Positions 61,811 through 64,000 of a DNA stretch of 64,000 nucleotides are shown one piece after another. Where the stretch lies: IMG/VR virus record IMGVR_UViG_3300042453_001086, positions 1-64,000 of that record; one strand, given 5' to 3'. The stretch is from a virus. The position numbers and the translations under genes were made by a program. How positions within the stretch are numbered: the first letter of the stretch is position 1; each line of letters opens with the position of its first letter. The notes under the pieces are model-generated. The model was given only the letters and a program-made list of their open reading frames with translations. It made no database searches and was not told where the DNA came from.

Positions 61811-63474
61811 TAGTAACCCAACATATACTCTACATCTGCAAACGGATTACCATATCCATCTGTGTACCAAACGTTCCCATCTTCATCAACAAATTTTTCT
61901 TCTTCGTCGATTATGCCGTCTGATATAAACCCGAACGGTGCCATGTCTTGTTCAATCTGATTCTTCTGTTCTTCGTAGATTCGTTTGCGAACATCGTTAT
62001 CAGTCATCTCCCTGAAGTAAGGTTGAACCGCCAACCACGAGAATAGAACTAGACACATCACAAGGTCATCGTTATATCCATCGTCAGCTTCAAACGATTG
62101 ATTCTTTTGAATAAATGTAGTGAGTTCACTGATAATCTCATAGTCTGAGATTAATAGTTTATCGTCTTCAATCAATGTCTTTAAGTTTGAGCACCCAACT
62201 TTCTTAGTCACCTTTGACATCTTCAGACCAAGTTGAGATTTGGTGCCAGAGAATCCCTGACCAACAATCTGACCAGCTCTACCACGCATGGCACACATTA
62301 GAATATTTGGATACTCTAAATCGTAATGAAGAATATTAGTTACCTGCTCACCGATGTCATTGACTTCAGCAAGGATATATGCTTTGTTGTAGTTCTTGCC
62401 AACCTGTTCAATAATGTTGGGGAATAGGATTGGTTTGATTTCGTTGTTTCTATACTTAGCAACTATCTTCCAAGGTAGTGTGGTAATATCAAATACAACA
62501 AAAGCAGAGTAATCATTGTTGGTTCCACGGGATACATCGACTGTCATGATGTAGTCGTGATCCTTCTTCGCTTCCTCGTATACCTTTAATCCTTTGCTGT
62601 TATCTTGTATAGGGTCTTCAAAGACCATTGAACGCAACTTAGCAGCCGAGATAAGTGTATCAACTGATCCTAGGAACTCACATTCAAACTCCTGCGTGAA
62701 CTGCCTCTCTGAGGTGTTCCTAATGGTCTCTTCTTTCCACTTCTCATCTCTACCAGGAACTGCACTCCAATGCACTTCTAGGGGCACGTAGCCGTTCCTG
62801 CCGCGCTCTGCGTCATGCCACAGCTTGTAGAACATATTCATACCCTGTGGGGTAGAAATGATAATAACCTTTGTGGTCTTACCAGACGAGATAGTAGGAT
62901 ATACAGACGAGAAGAACTGTTCCGCCATGTGGTTAGGAACGAACGCAAACTCGTCAAGGAAGATGATGTTAAAAGAGTTCCCTCTAACGGCGCTAGAAGA
63001 CGTTGAGGCAGCGATGATCTTAGAACCGTTATCGAGCTCCATCGAACCTTTGTTCCATGCTACAATGCCTTGCTGCATCCACTTGGGAAGGTTCTCATAC
63101 GCAAGTTGCAAACGAGACAGAAGTTCTCTTGAAGTTTCTGCTTTGTTTGCTAGAATAGCAATCTTGATGTTGTCGTTGAATACTGCGTAGTGCAGTAGGT
63201 ATGAAATAACTGTGGTTGATTTTCCAGTCTGTCTGGGGAGTTTGGCGATGTTGAATCTATTATTATGAAAGTTTTCGATGAGTTTCTCTTGGAAATCATA
63301 CATCTCAAAAGGAACAAGACCTTCATCAAGTGAAATAATCTTCACATAGTTTTTTGCAAAGTAAACGGGATCATCTTTGCATTTAATAAACTCTTCTACT
63401 TGATCCTTTGTAAAACTAATAGCGGTATTAGCTTTCTTTAGATTGGGATTACCAAGATATACATTATCACTCAT
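61810..63474 (-). CDS. gp17: Terminase large subunit
   Basis: PRQTGKST; IFLDEFAF; VDVSRG; DDLVMCL. Confidence 0.98.
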   Translation of the reverse strand: MSDNVYLGNPNLKKANTAISFTKDQVEEFIKCKDDPVYFAKNYVKIISLDEGLVPFEMYDFQEKLIENFHNNRFNIAKLPRQTGKSTTVISYLLHYAVFNDNIKIAILANKAETSRELLSRLQLAYENLPKWMQQGIVAWNKGSMELDNGSKIIAASTSSSAVRGNSFNIIFLDEFAFVPNHMAEQFFSSVYPTISSGKTTKVIIISTPQGMNMFYKLWHDAERGRNGYVPLEVHWSAVPGRDEKWKEETIRNTSERQFTQEFECEFLGSVDTLISAAKLRSMVFEDPIQDNSKGLKVYEEAKKDHDYIMTVDVSRGTNNDYSAFVVFDITTLPWKIVAKYRNNEIKPILFPNIIEQVGKNYNKAYILAEVNDIGEQVTNILHYDLEYPNILMCAMRGRAGQIVGQGFSGTKSQLGLKMSKVTKKVGCSNLKTLIEDDKLLISDYEIISELTTFIQKNQSFEADDGYNDDLVMCLVLFSWLAVQPYFREMTDNDVRKRIYEEQKNQIEQDMAPFGFISDGIIDEEEKFVDEDGNVWYTDGYGNPFADVEYMLGY

Positions 63475-63700
63475 TTGCTCTTCTAATATCCTTTTCTATA
63501 TCGTCCATACTATTTAATCTCTTTTCCCACCCATCACCTTTTGTAGTTCCTTGTGCTGGATTGATACAGGTGTCATCTCCAAACTTGTCACAAACTAAAG
63601 AAGCGAGTTCAGTTTCATTTCCCTTCTTGTTTGTGCCAACCCAATAGTGCTGTCCACCAATCCAGCAAGCCCCGCATTTGGGGCAGGTTTTAGTATCCAT
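63467..63700 (-). CDS. Small Cys-containing hypothetical protein
   Basis: CPKCGACWIGGQHYW...LASLVC; sigma70-like promoter at ~63727-63754. Confidence 0.75.
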   Translation of the reverse strand: MDTKTCPKCGACWIGGQHYWVGTNKKGNETELASLVCDKFGDDTCINPAQGTTKGDGWEKRLNSMDDIEKDIRRANE

Positions 63701-63776
63701 GTGTCTTACCTTGAGACGGTAATGCTATTATATAGGTAAATCGTGTATCGTCAAGTTACAGTTTACACATATTTTA

Positions 63777-64000
63777 TTAGCAATTCCAAGCTCTTAATGA
63801 CTTATTGATACGTGAATCTTTATCGTTTGCTGTTTTTTTAGATGTTAACTTCTTTTTCATGCCTTTCATTCTGGCACAAAACGACGCCCTGCGGGGATTT
63901 CCAACCTTTTTTGAAGGTGCCTTAAGGTCGCTTCCAGGATTTTCGCGTTCATAAGATTTACGCCCCTTTTCGTTGAGTCCTCCACTGGAACTCTTACCAG
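63777..64000 (-). CDS. C-terminus of a conserved late protein (DUF6321-type), partial
   Basis: GGLNEKGRKSY...NPRRASFCARM...SRINKSLRAWNC*. Confidence 0.8.
   Translation of the reverse strand, partial: GKSSSGGLNEKGRKSYERENPGSDLKAPSKKVGNPRRASFCARMKGMKKKLTSKKTANDKDSRINKSLRAWNC

Noticed and set aside
260-63190. Numerous 60-240-aa ORF-track entries opposite or out of frame within core genes (e.g. 4378..5094, 16392..17012, 36188..36793, 49987..50514)
   Set aside because: They fully overlap well-supported genes and show no recognisable motifs.
63467-64000. Small terminase gp16 expected upstream of gp17
   Set aside because: The ORFs here do not resemble gp16. It probably lies beyond the window edge, so its absence is not informative.

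Overview
This is a 64-kb segment of a T4-like cyanophage (cyanomyovirus) genome, with most genes on the minus strand. From left to right it contains: (i) a denV-like gene, thyX, rnh, a glutaredoxin, speD and an intron-less psbA; (ii) a plus-strand tail-fibre-like gene, hli-petF-hli, and a chain of translationally coupled micro-ORFs; (iii) an RNA-rich island (~11.4-18.1 kb) with 21 canonical tRNA genes, a tandem glutamine (glnA-type) riboswitch, a manA-like RNA, two paralogous unassigned structured RNAs and an SLH/beta-barrel outer-membrane protein gene; (iv) a cell-wall/lysis region; (v) nrdA/nrdB, primase, late hypothetical genes and mazG; (vi) the T4 replication core (gp41, uvsX, gp43, regA, gp62, gp44, gp45, gp46, gp47, gp55, uvsW, uvsY), with an adenine MTase plus putative nuclease inserted and a MoxR/vWA pair; (vii) head/tail morphogenesis genes (gp3, gp23, gp22, gp21, gp20, gp19, gp18, gp17). 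The strongest candidates for undescribed systems lie in the RNA island. One is a nitrogen-sensing cassette: an NtcA box in repressor position, a tandem glutamine riboswitch, a DUF4278-like protein and a 27-aa peptide. The other is a pair of tRNA-flanked ncRNAs with compensatory base changes, one carrying a non-decoding tRNA-like domain. All assignments come from reading the sequence and from recalled family motifs; no database search was run.
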